The position numbers and the translations under genes are program-made. This document shows positions 22,884 to 34,044 of a stretch of DNA of 64,000 nucleotides, one piece after another. Source of the DNA: Naegleria gruberi (Eukaryota). Each line of letters starts with the position of its first letter. Within the stretch, counting starts at the first letter, position 1. Location: assembly GCA_000004985.1 (NCBI GenBank), contig GG738863.1; one strand, given 5' to 3'. Below the pieces are notes generated by a model. It was not told where the DNA came from, did not search any database, and was given only the letters and a program-made list of their open reading frames with translations.

Positions 22884-24948
22884 NNNNNNNNNNNNNNNNN
22901 NNNNNNNNNNNNNNNNNNNNNNNNNNNNNNNNNNNNNNNNNNNNNNNNNNNNNNNNNNNNNNNNNNNNNNNNNNNNNNNNNNNNNNNNNNNNNNNNNNNN
23001 NNNNNNNNNNNNNNNNNNNNNNNNNNNNNNNNNNNNNNNNNNNNNNNNNNNNNNNNNNNNNNNNNNNNNNNNNNNNNNNNNNNNNNNNNNNNNNNNNNNN
23101 NNNNNNNNNNNNNNNNNNNNNNNNNNNNNNNNNNNNNNNNNNNNNNNNNNNNNNNNNNNNNNNNNNNNNNNNNNNNNNNNNNNNNNNNNNNNNNNNNNNN
23201 NNNNNNNNNNNNNNNNNNNNNNNNNNNNNNNNNNNNNNNNNNNNNNNNNNNNNNNNNNNNNNNNNNNNNNNNNNNNNNNNNNNNNNNNNNNNNNNNNNNN
23301 NNNNNNNNNNNNNNNNNNNNNNNNNNNNNNNNNNNNNNNNNNNNNNNNNNNNNNNNNNNNNNNNNNNNNNNNNNNNNNNNNNNNNNNNNNNNNNNNNNNN
23401 NNNNNNNNNNNNNNNNNNNNNNNNNNNNNNNNNNNNNNNNNNNNNNNNNNNNNNNNNNNNNNNNNNNNNNNNNNNNNNNNNNNNNNNNNNNNNNNNNNNN
23501 NNNNNNNNNNNNNNNNNNNNNNNNNNNNNNNNNNNNNNNNNNNNNNNNNNNNNNNNNNNNNNNNNNNNNNNNNNNNNNNNNNNNNNNNNNNNNNNNNNNN
23601 NNNNNNNNNNNNNNNNNNNNNNNNNNNNNNNNNNNNNNNNNNNNNNNNNNNNNNNNNNNNNNNNNNNNNNNNNNNNNNNNNNNNNNNNNNNNNNNNNNNN
23701 NNNNNNNNNNNNNNNNNNNNNNNNNNNNNNNNNNNNNNNNNNNNNNNNNNNNNNNNNNNNNNNNNNNNNNNNNNNNNNNNNNNNNNNNNNNNNNNNNNNN
23801 NNNNNNNNNNNNNNNNNNNNNNNNNNNNNNNNNNNNNNNNNNNNNNNNNNNNNNNNNNNNNNNNNNNNNNNNNNNNNNNNNNNNNNNNNNNNNNNNNNNN
23901 NNNNNNNNNNNNNNNNNNNNNNNNNNNNNNNNNNNNNNNNNNNNNNNNNNNNNNNNNNNNNNNNNNNNNNNNNNNNNNNNNNNNNNNNNNNNNNNNNNNN
24001 NNNNNNNNNNNNNNNNNNNNNNNNNNNNNNNNNNNNNNNNNNNNNNNNNNNNNNNNNNNNNNNNNNNNNNNNNNNNNNNNNNNNNNNNNNNNNNNNNNNN
24101 NNNNNNNNNNNNNNNNNNNNNNNNNNNNNNNNNNNNNNNNNNNNNNNNNNNNNNNNNNNNNNNNNNNNNNNNNNNNNNNNNNNNNNNNNNNNNNNNNNNN
24201 NNNNNNNNNNNNNNNNNNNNNNNNNNNNNNNNNNNNNNNNNNNNNNNNNNNNNNNNNNNNNNNNNNNNNNNNNNNNNNNNNNNNNNNNNNNNNNNNNNNN
24301 NNNNNNNNNNNNNNNNNNNNNNNNNNNNNNNNNNNNNNNNNNNNNNNNNNNNNNNNNNNNNNNNNNNNNNNNNNNNNNNNNNNNNNNNNNNNNNNNNNNN
24401 NNNNNNNNNNNNNNNNNNNNNNNNNNNNNNNNNNNNNNNNNNNNNNNNNNNNNNNNNNNNNNNNNNNNNNNNNNNNNNNNNNNNNNNNNNNNNNNNNNNN
24501 NNNNNNNNNNNNNNNNNNNNNNNNNNNNNNNNNNNNNNNNNNNNNNNNNNNNNNNNNNNNNNNNNNNNNNNNNNNNNNNNNNNNNNNNNNNNNNNNNNNN
24601 NNNNNNNNNNNNNNNNNNNNNNNNNNNNNNNNNNNNNNNNNNNNNNNNNNNNNNNNNNNNNNNNNNNNNNNNNNNNNNNNNNNNNNNNNNNNNNNNNNNN
24701 NNNNNNNNNNNNNNNNNNNNNNNNNNNNNNNNNNNNNNNNNNNNNNNNNNNNNNNNNNNNNNNNNNNNNNNNNNNNNNNNNNNNNNNNNNNNNNNNNNNN
24801 NNNNNNNNNNNNNNNNNNNNNNNNNNNNNNNNNNNNNNNNNNNNNNNNNNNNNNNNNNNNNNNNNNNNNNNNNNNNNNNNNNNNNNNNNNNNNNNNNNNN
24901 NNNNNNNNNNNNNNNNNNNNNNNNNNNNNNNNNNNNNNNNNNNNNNNN
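22884..24948. other. assembly gap (N run)
   Basis: 2065 N. Confidence 1.
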
Positions 24949-27261
24949 TTGGAACTATTCTCACTGGATGAATTTTTAAAATTGTTGTCTAATGTGACTT
25001 CACCTTCAATTATTACAAGAATGGAGGTGAATGATTCTGCAAGTGGAGAACAGTCAATCGTCTATCAGACAACTGAGGAAAATTTTCAATTATTGACAAC
25101 ACATCTGCTAATGACTTGGGAGAGTTTACCTTCATCAATAGTAATTGTTATTTTCAGACTGTTATTTATGGTCTTTCTAATATCTTTACTTCCGCTTTGT
25201 ATTATTTACAGAAAGAGAGAACCCATCAGAAGAAAGTTACCAGTATCATTTTCTATTCTAATATTGGGTCTCTGTACTAACTCGAGATCTTTAATAGAGT
25301 CTATTCCTGTTCGAAAGATAATATTCTTACAGTACTGGAATCAATATTTGGAGGCGAAAACGAAGATGAATCCTTTCGAGTTTTTCGAAAAGTATTCTCA
25401 AAATGGTATCCCAGATTGGATGTTTAATATTACATATTATGAGAATATCATGTGTTACTCAGTTACTTTTGGTATTGTAATAATTTACATATTTTCAATC
25501 GTACTTTACTTTACTCACATGACCAAATTCATGTTGGACAGAATCATTACTAAGAAAAAAATGACCCTTAAGGATTCATTAGACAGAATCAAAGAAAAAG
25601 GAGCGAAAACAGTCATGTCGAATCAACCGCAACCAACCACTACCGTTCAATCAACCAATGACATTACACTGGTTCCTAAAAGTGTTGAAATTGAATTAGT
25701 GGAAAATGATCCTGCTATTTCCGTAACACTTAATACTATTGAGAATTCCACAATAGGAGACAAGAGATATCCCACATTAACAGTTGAAAACTCAATAGAA
25801 ATTGACAAAAATCTAGTAGCTCCAGAATCAACCGGTCAACTCACTACCATGACTAATGATACTTCCTTGACTACATCTCAACAACAAGGGGGTGGTTCAA
25901 CTAATATTCACATATCTTTCAGTGATGATACAGAGGATGACTTAACTTCAAGTGCTATAACAGATGCTGATGAAATATTTCTTACTGATGTAGACACTTT
26001 TGGGACAGAAGACAAGGAAAATGGATTAGCAACGGAAGGATATGAAAACTTTACAGAGAATACTAAAGCACTGAAAGTAATGCAATTTATAGAAGAGAAG
26101 AAGGTTATTCAAATAGTATTTTCTGTTGGATTGTTTCTAATTTGGTTTATCATTGCTGCTCTATTATTATTGTTTTGGAAGCAGGCGGGCCAATTTGTTT
26201 CTCTTTTTCCTGTTTTTGAGACGATCCAGGGAGTGTGTACTTCTGAGAAAAGATCAACCATTGGGACATTTTGTCTCTTGTTTGGACTTTTATTCCCAAT
26301 TGTATTCGTTTTTGTGTATTCTTTGGATATTTATCAATCAATATCTGAATATAGAATACAAAAGGACACAATTAAGAGGAATAGCCGGCAAGAAAATATG
26401 CCAAACTTTTTCATATACTACTTTATTGACACCGACTTGTTTCTCTACAGGTTAGAATGCTCATTGTTATTTTTATTTGGTGCTTTGTCTGTTTGCTTAT
26501 ATGTCATATTTTGGGATCCATCAGGAGATGACAAGATCAAAGGTTTGATATCACATCTGATATCCCTTTTTGGTATTGAATTTTTTATGATTGTAATTAT
26601 GCCTGGAATTTCAATTTTTGCAACAATTTACAGAACTTGGAAAGAAAAGAAATTGTTAAACAAACAAGATGAAAATTTAGATCAAATGACTGTATTGAAT
26701 TTGAAAAGGTTTGCACCTGGTATTGAATGTATAGATTTTATTCTAACACATCCAATAGAGAGACAGTTGTTTTACAAGTATTTGACTTCTGAGTTTTCTC
26801 AAGAAAATCTTCTCTTCATGGAGGATATTATGAGATTTCAAAGAATACCTCCCCAAAAACTTAGATATAAGATTATGAAATTGAGAGAAATAATAACACT
26901 CTATCTCATTCAGAATAGTTCTGTATTCGAGGTCAATATTTCTAAAAAATTGATTGACTCTGAAATACAGTCCTACATTCTTATTGAGCACATTCTTCAC
27001 CATCACTCAATTAAAATGATCAATCTTCCAAAATTTATCAAGGAAACACCCAAGATTAACTCATTCCCTGAACCGCTTCAACAGAACGACACAGACAGAG
27101 AATTACTACTCAATGCATTCAAGGAAATCAATCATCCAGATTTCATGAAAGGAATTATTACAGAAGCTTACTCTAATTTACTGGATTCTTATCTCAGATT
27201 CATAAGTAGTAGAGTGTGGCTAATACATTTGGAGAAAGTGAAACAATTTGGAATATTGTAA
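24949..27261 (+). CDS. multi-pass membrane protein with a C-terminal RGS domain (7TM-RGS architecture), 3' portion after the gap
   Basis: At least seven hydrophobic helices are followed by the RGS domain ...FILTHPIERQLFYKYLTSEFSQENLLFMEDIMRFQ...LYLIQNSSVFEVNIS.... Stop is TAA at 27259-27261. Confidence 0.6.
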   Translation: MELFSLDEFLKLLSNVTSPSIITRMEVNDSASGEQSIVYQTTEENFQLLTTHLLMTWESLPSSIVIVIFRLLFMVFLISLLPLCIIYRKREPIRRKLPVSFSILILGLCTNSRSLIESIPVRKIIFLQYWNQYLEAKTKMNPFEFFEKYSQNGIPDWMFNITYYENIMCYSVTFGIVIIYIFSIVLYFTHMTKFMLDRIITKKKMTLKDSLDRIKEKGAKTVMSNQPQPTTTVQSTNDITLVPKSVEIELVENDPAISVTLNTIENSTIGDKRYPTLTVENSIEIDKNLVAPESTGQLTTMTNDTSLTTSQQQGGGSTNIHISFSDDTEDDLTSSAITDADEIFLTDVDTFGTEDKENGLATEGYENFTENTKALKVMQFIEEKKVIQIVFSVGLFLIWFIIAALLLLFWKQAGQFVSLFPVFETIQGVCTSEKRSTIGTFCLLFGLLFPIVFVFVYSLDIYQSISEYRIQKDTIKRNSRQENMPNFFIYYFIDTDLFLYRLECSLLFLFGALSVCLYVIFWDPSGDDKIKGLISHLISLFGIEFFMIVIMPGISIFATIYRTWKEKKLLNKQDENLDQMTVLNLKRFAPGIECIDFILTHPIERQLFYKYLTSEFSQENLLFMEDIMRFQRIPPQKLRYKIMKLREIITLYLIQNSSVFEVNISKKLIDSEIQSYILIEHILHHHSIKMINLPKFIKETPKINSFPEPLQQNDTDRELLLNAFKEINHPDFMKGIITEAYSNLLDSYLRFISSRVWLIHLEKVKQFGIL

Positions 27262-27742
27262 TCAGTTATTTGAAACTTTGAATCCAAGTCCTATTACTGA
27301 GGTTAAATAATATGTACTTAAATGACTGAATGTATACCTTTCAGCTTCTTAAACAGTACCTTTACAAATTAGAATGAACCAACAAGTTCAGAACAAAAAC
27401 TTTATCATGGACAATAAGGGCCCTTTTTCAGGTTTTCTCCCAACCCAAGGAAAAGGAACTTTGCAGTATTACTCAGCCAATTATGCAAGAGACACTATGT
27501 TGAGACACAAAGAATCACAACAAATTCAATCACCGTCACAGACCACTTTTTCCAATATTTTCCAATCTATAATAATATATACTAAGGGGAGATGAGGTAT
27601 CTTATGAGAGGCAATGAAAGGAGGTGATAAAGAGGGACCGATGACCCAATAGCGTTCAATTGAAACACTTTTGAGAGGGAGAGACAAATTTGTATGTTAG
27701 GATGAGAAAATATTGTTGGAGGCCAAATTTTTGAAACCTTTG

Positions 27743-27752
27743 TGGCGCCAAC
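27743..27752. promoter_or_regulatory. E2F-like motif TGGCGCCAAC upstream of gene 28083
   Basis: GC-rich palindromic core in an AT-rich spacer. Confidence 0.2.
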
Positions 27753-28082
27753 GCTTCTAACGAGCATTTGATGCTGCTTTGCAACTAAGGCCGTTCAACG
27801 CTTTTTGAGCAAAACTACAATTGTAAAAAAATAGGCCCACTTCATCTTGGTTATTTTGACCCTGTAAATTTCTCAAATTCATCTCTCTATATCTTGTTGG
27901 TGGCCTTTCATCTACTTCAGCTGTTGATTGGAAAACGTATAGAGAAGGATTTCATATCATTAGTATTAGGAATTTTGTCTAACTACTAGTAAAATTTAAT
28001 TAGAGAACGTTTTGAGCAGAAATTAACGTTCTTTCCTAAGGAACCTAATGTATTTTTAAGAATATCAACTATATAATTTATA

Positions 28083-28667
28083 ATGGGAATATGTGCTTCG
28101 AATATTGGCACAACAACTCTAGAGCCAGCTTCTCCTCAAGAAGAAGGACAGCAAAATAAGTTTATAGGGGCTTCACCCTCACGAGTTTCTCTTAAACAAC
28201 CAGTTGAAAAACAACCTATAGCTCCACGAACAGATAAGCATGAGGCCCTTTCGGGACAGGATCAGAAACATAGAGATTCAAATGTTGACCCCACGCAGCA
28301 AGGTCAAAATGGATCAGCAGCAAAACCAAATGATGAAAGCTCAAAAGATCCTTCAAGGAGGACGACAGCAGCCTCAGGAAATCAACAACCAAATGGTGAT
28401 TTTAAAATATCTTTCTCAGAACAAGGGGATAAATACATGAATGTGCAGAAATGGTTAAACGAATGTATATTGAATGACAAAACACCAAATCCAATTATGC
28501 CAATAGGTGGAGTTATTGTTCACAATATGCCAACACCAGAAGAGATGGCAAAAATTGGTCAAGTTAACTCGTCGACGCAAGTCTCAACAACAGAGGACAA
28601 TACTTTAGCAGGACTTAAAAGGCATAAGAGTATGATGCCCAGCACTAAACAATATCAAATATCATAA
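28083..28667 (+). CDS. hypothetical protein with an N-terminal MGxCAS (possible myristoylation/palmitoylation) motif
   Basis: 194-aa ORF. ATG is in ataATGg context. Stop is TAA. Confidence 0.45.
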   Translation: MGICASNIGTTTLEPASPQEEGQQNKFIGASPSRVSLKQPVEKQPIAPRTDKHEALSGQDQKHRDSNVDPTQQGQNGSAAKPNDESSKDPSRRTTAASGNQQPNGDFKISFSEQGDKYMNVQKWLNECILNDKTPNPIMPIGGVIVHNMPTPEEMAKIGQVNSSTQVSTTEDNTLAGLKRHKSMMPSTKQYQIS

Positions 28668-28689
28668 CATTGAATTTATTAAAAAAAGT

Positions 28690-31600
28690 TTAAACAATAC
28701 GAGAAAGGGCTAATTGTCTCTCTCTGGTTAACTCAAGAGTATTAACTTGTTCTTCGTCACTTGGTGCTTGTTCACTTGAGCTAGCATCATTGTTGGATTC
28801 AGTAGTTGAAGCAGTATTGTTGGATTCAGAAGTGGCAGCCGATGAATTTTTGGATTTGGTAATGATATAATTCTTTGGAGTGGATTCGACAAACTTTTGT
28901 ACAACACTAAGGATAAGATGCATGACGGCTTCTTTTTGAGAATCAATTCTCTCAGATGAAGCAATTAATAGTCTGAGAATATCATACTTGATCATCAAAA
29001 TTGCCAAATGATTAGGGTTAGAAACTGAAAGAGCCAATTGAAGGAGGAATGAACCGATGAAGGTTATTATCTTATGTGAACTTTCTATTTGCAAAATATT
29101 TGAAATTTCATTGAATACCAAATGTGGTTTCTTTGAGCAAATTTCAATAAGCAGAGAAGTACCACCAACAGTACTTTGTGGATCCATGAAAGAAGTAAGA
29201 AGGAAGTGAATAAACTTATTATCTCCCTTCATATTGGAATCCAAATTATCATTGGTATATTCAATGAGGCTTTCATACAAATCACAAGCACTAACAAAGG
29301 TGCCTAAAACTTCCAAATAGATTCTAGATTCTTTTGGTTTTTCAATAATGTATGAAACAAGTTTGTACAGTAAAGTCTTGGCAGTCTCACCATTTGAAGA
29401 GGATGACTGTGTTGCAGCTTCTTCAGTAGGAGCATCCTTTGTCTCAATAAATCTGTTTCTATTGATTTGGAACATTTCCTTGACAAGCCCAAAGAAAATG
29501 GATGGATTTCTCTCAATCAGAGAGGCATTTTCAGCAAGGAACAAGCGAACTGTAAGACGACTACCTGCAGTCTTTGGATGTCTTCTCTTCAAAATGTTTC
29601 TCATGATGGATTTTGTGTTATCCTTATCACAGACAATATTCAAGAGAATTTGTTCAATAGTTTGAGCATTAGATGCCTTCAATACCAATTCAAAGTGTGG
29701 AGAATTAAAGAGTTTGGTGCAGCNNNNNNNNNNNNNNNNNNNNNNNNNNNNNNNNNNNNNNNNNNNNNNNNNNNNNNNNNNNNNNNNNNNNNNNNNNNNN
29801 NNNNNNNNNNNNNNNNNNNNNNNNNNNNNNNNNNNNNNNNNNNNNNNNNNNNCTTGAACATTCTTTGGTTCATTTGTAAGTCTTTCAATTGCAGCATTCA
29901 CTACGAAATCCTTCAATGTATCCTTCTTCTTAGCAAATATACTGAGCACATCAATACAGGCATAGGCTAAACCCTTGGTAAAAAGTCTAGCGGTGAGCCA
30001 TTTATCACTCTCTTCTTCAAGAACGACTGAATAATCTGTCTTGTCCTCTTCATCGTTCATCATTCCAGATTCTACCATAGACATTCTAATAGCTTTACTT
30101 AATTCGTCTTCATCTTCTTCCTCCTCCTCTTCTTCAACCTCTTTTGGAATGGTATTGTTGAGAATCCACTCTGCAGCTACCATTACATCATTATTGGCAC
30201 CTCTGAGAGCGGCACGAGCATCTTTTTGAGTAAATCCCATTTCCATCAATTGGTTGACCTTATCTTCGTCCTCTTTAACAGGTGAAGTTTCCTTCTTGCT
30301 TGTATCACATCCCTTGATAATATGACCAACAACATTGATGAGACAAATCAAGAATGTAGTACTGCCCTTCTCAATATTCTCATGATTCCATACCTTGGCA
30401 ACAGCTCCAGCAACCTTCTTTTGGACTTTAGTGGTGAGCTCAGAAACTTTGAAACCATCAAGAGCAAACAATTTGGCAGTTATTGGTGATTGAGCAGCGT
30501 AGTTGGCTGATGTAATCTTTTGGAGGAATGCTGTAAAATCTTCCAAACATGCAGAAGCAATACCATATTCACTTGATTCATATTCAAAAAGATAGATAGG
30601 ATCGGCTGATTCTGGTTTGCTTGGTTTTTTGACATCTTGTGACAAGATTAAATTTACAAGATCAACATAAAGCTTCATGATAGAATCAATAACACCCTTA
30701 CTAAGCATATTGTCAAGTACAAGAGTATTCAAATTTCTATAAGTTTCACTGATAACAACACTATAAATTAATGTCATTAAAGAATGTACATGAGCAGCCT
30801 TGACTGTCCAGGAAAGGTTTTCATCATTGAGAACCTTTTGAGCTTCTGTAACAGAGACTGAGAAATTTTGAACTAAAAGGCCAGCAATCTCTTTGGCTTT
30901 CAAAATAGATTCTGCTTGACCATCATGTTCAATAAGCTCGAAAATAGCTCTTTGAAGAGATTGATAAAATCTGAAAATTAGGGTCAAATATGAGCTAATG
31001 GTATTGTTGTTAAACTTTCTCAATGATCTGGCACCAATCTCTTCTTGAGTTTCCTCAACAGGTTTAGTTTCAGCAGAAGAGGAGGCAGCTGAGGAGCTAG
31101 AAGTAATGGATGTTGTAGATGTGTCCAGAGTCTTTTCTTCAGAGACAATAGGTTTCTTTCTCTTAAGGGCTGCAATTTCATCCTTCAAAATTTGAGGCTT
31201 GGATTTGGCAATATAGAGTCTAACTTTTGATTCCAAACGTGCTAAATCAGTTAAAACATCACCTTTCTTATTTTTCCATACTTCCACAAATGAATCTTCT
31301 GATTGTTCAAAGCAATTACTCATAATTTCAATAATAGTTGTAAGAGCGAAAATAGTCTTAATAGTACTGAATTTCTCAAATTCCAATTCTCCTGCATTCA
31401 ATGCACCCAGCTTGGAGTTTAAAATCTCGGACATCCCTTCATACACCAAAGTACTATGGCTTCTAATTAAATCCTTGAATACCACAATATATCTCATTGG
31501 TTCGATGGCGTTTTGAGTAGATGGCACAAGAGACAAATCTGTAATCTTCAACAACACTGGGAAAAATCCCTTATCAACGAAGAGAGTAGCATTATCATGT

Positions 31601-33906
31601 ACAATAATACCAATGGCCAATACAAACTGGGAAGCCAACATGAAAATAGGATGGCCATTCTTTCCTTCTTCCAAGTTTGCTTGCTCTAGCTTTTCTAAGA
31701 GTTCATTCATAATTTTTACAACTGAATTTACAATATTTTCCTTCAAGGCAGGATAAGTTTTGGACAAGGCAGCAATTTCAGAACCAATTGAAAAACCGAC
31801 ATCTTTCTTGATTGCCTTCGAATACTTTTCATTCAAGAAAATCCTCAAATAATTGTAGAAAGTGTCATCTGAAGCAAGCTTTTCCCTGAAATCTTGATTG
31901 AGGCAAAGTGAGTTAATTAAAAGTAAAATATTGTGTAAAACTTTGGCATAAGGAGGAACCCCATTTTTAGCAATATCCAAAATCAAATCAAATGTTCCAA
32001 AGCTTCTAATAATTGAAATGTTAGCAACATCCTTTGCAATCAAAGTGTATATTAAATCAATAATGCAAGCAAAATTTGCTGGACCAAACCAAGTGTAATT
32101 CTTTACAACAAAGTTGATATTATTCATTTGCCTTTCTTCCAGTATTTCTGTATTAGTTGTATCGTGTCTTGAATAGGCACTGGAAATAATTCTCAAAAGA
32201 CTTGAAAGAGTTGGAGATTGATATGGGCTGAGTACTTTGAATACAATTGTATTGGATGAACCATCTGACTTTTCAGTGTTGGATTCTTCCAACTTAGTAA
32301 TTTTGGATTGAGATACCTCAATAATATCTGAAAACAATTTAATGCAATCAGAAAGTACTGTAGGTGCTGTTTGTACTCCAGACTTTGGATCCAAGAATAA
32401 TTCTACAATAGAAATACATTTCATAACTACCAACTCATCTTTTGCATAAAGTAAAGTAGTAATCTCATTAGCAATCCCAGAGTCATTTAAATGTTTTGAA
32501 CCATTTGCTGTTCTAGAAATAGAAACAAATAAGTCCAAAAGTGTTTCTAAATACAATCTATCTGTAATGTAATCTGAAGGGTCTGTGACTTCTCCGTTTA
32601 CATAAACATTAATTAACTTTTGAAGCCAACCTTGAAGAAGACCACTGTAAATATTTGTGGTCAGTGTTAAAGTTTGAAGAGCAGCAGTTTGTAATCTAGA
32701 ACTCTTGAATACAGATATAGAAATATAGAACTCAAGCAAACTTATAGCAACTTCCTTTGGAAGTTTAAGTTCTCCACGTTTGTCTTTTTCAATACTTTTG
32801 CTCACTTCTGGAATGATTTCAAGAGAAGTTAAGTCCTTCTTTGAAACATACAATAACACTGAGAATGAATTGAATCTACTGACTAGGAACTTTCTTCTAG
32901 TTTCCAAGTTATAGAATGCATAGGCCATACGAATTCGCGTCCACAAGTCAAACTTTTTGTTGATAGTAAGCTTGCTGACAATAGAGCCTTCCTTTTTGAT
33001 TAGATCATTCCAAAGTGTTAAAGCATCTGGTGCTGTTTTCTTTACATCCTCAATAACAAGTTCTTCTTCTTGCAATTCCTCAGATCTAAATTCATGTTCA
33101 AGATCTTCAGTCACAACTTTAAACTTGACAGAGGTTCCCAACTTGAGAGTTTCATCAGAAATAGTTTCATCATAGCAAAATTGAGTAGAATCCTTTCCGT
33201 ACCCCTTAGCAATAAAATTTAATTTATGAATAAAGGTAGGTGGATGCTCAACAACTCCTTTAGAAATCATACTATTCTTTTTGAAACATGATAAGCAAAT
33301 TTGTAAAACTAAATGCAAAATGTCCAAATTTTCAGAGTTGAGTAAATATGTAAGTCTCTGATCATGTTGTTAATTTGATGTTATAATTGTACAACAACTT
33401 ACATCCAAAGAACTATACTGAGAATATCCGATTTTTGTGTTTTTTACAATCATCAAAGACATGTCCAAAATTGATAAGATCATTTCTGTGTGTGGTGTTT
33501 TTTGACATTGTTTTTGTTCCTTTGATGTTTGTTTTTGTTTCTTTGATGACTTTTCTCCGAATGATAGAATATTACTCTTGGTGATAATCTTTTCTAAAAT
33601 TTCATCGAATTTGTTCAAAATATCAGACCATTGCTCAAGCACAGTCTAACCAATTACGATCATCCTTGAATTAGTATTATTATGTTACATACCCGTTTGC
33701 AAGCCATCAAAAATTCATCACTCGATTCCGTTATGATTTGTTTGATTACTTTACTCAAATCCTCTGGTTTAGAAGGTAAAATCTTTTGTGTATATAATTT
33801 AATTTCATCGTCCTAACATATTTGATATTATTGTATGAGTATGATGATAGAATTAAAATCATCAACTAACCTGTTCCCAAGTTTCTTCTTTCTTGCTGAT
33901 CAACAT
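28690..33906 (-). CDS. HUWE1/Tom1-like N-terminal ARM-repeat protein with UBA and UIM, about 1650 aa; no HECT domain found in the locus
   Basis: Structure is join(33871..33906, 33693..33782, 33403..33645, 28690..33357), with introns of 88, 47 and 45 nt (GT...AG). The N-terminus MLISKKEETWEQ...DEFLMACKR...WSDILNKFDEIL parallels the HUWE1 N-terminus (..WVDLLDRFDGIL). A UBA domain (LMEMGFTQKDARAALRGANNDVMVAAEWIL) is followed by an acidic stretch and a UIM (DELSKAIRMSM). Internal gap at 29724-29852. Stop is TAA. Confidence 0.6.
29724..29852. other. assembly gap (N run)
   Basis: 129 N. Confidence 1.
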
Positions 33907-34044
33907 GATGAATTTTTTTTGATTTATTTTTAAATTTTTCTTCCAAATTTTGAGCGCTCAACAAGCAAACTTTTTTCAAGGAATTCTGATAAACATTTTT
34001 TGAAATTAAGCAAATAATAATTAAATATTAATTGATTTCATGTT

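Noticed and set aside
21973-27261. 1762-aa single ORF in the track spanning 21973-27261
   Set aside because: It reads straight through a 2065-nt N gap (X run). The two flanks are treated as separate partial genes, and continuity is unknowable.
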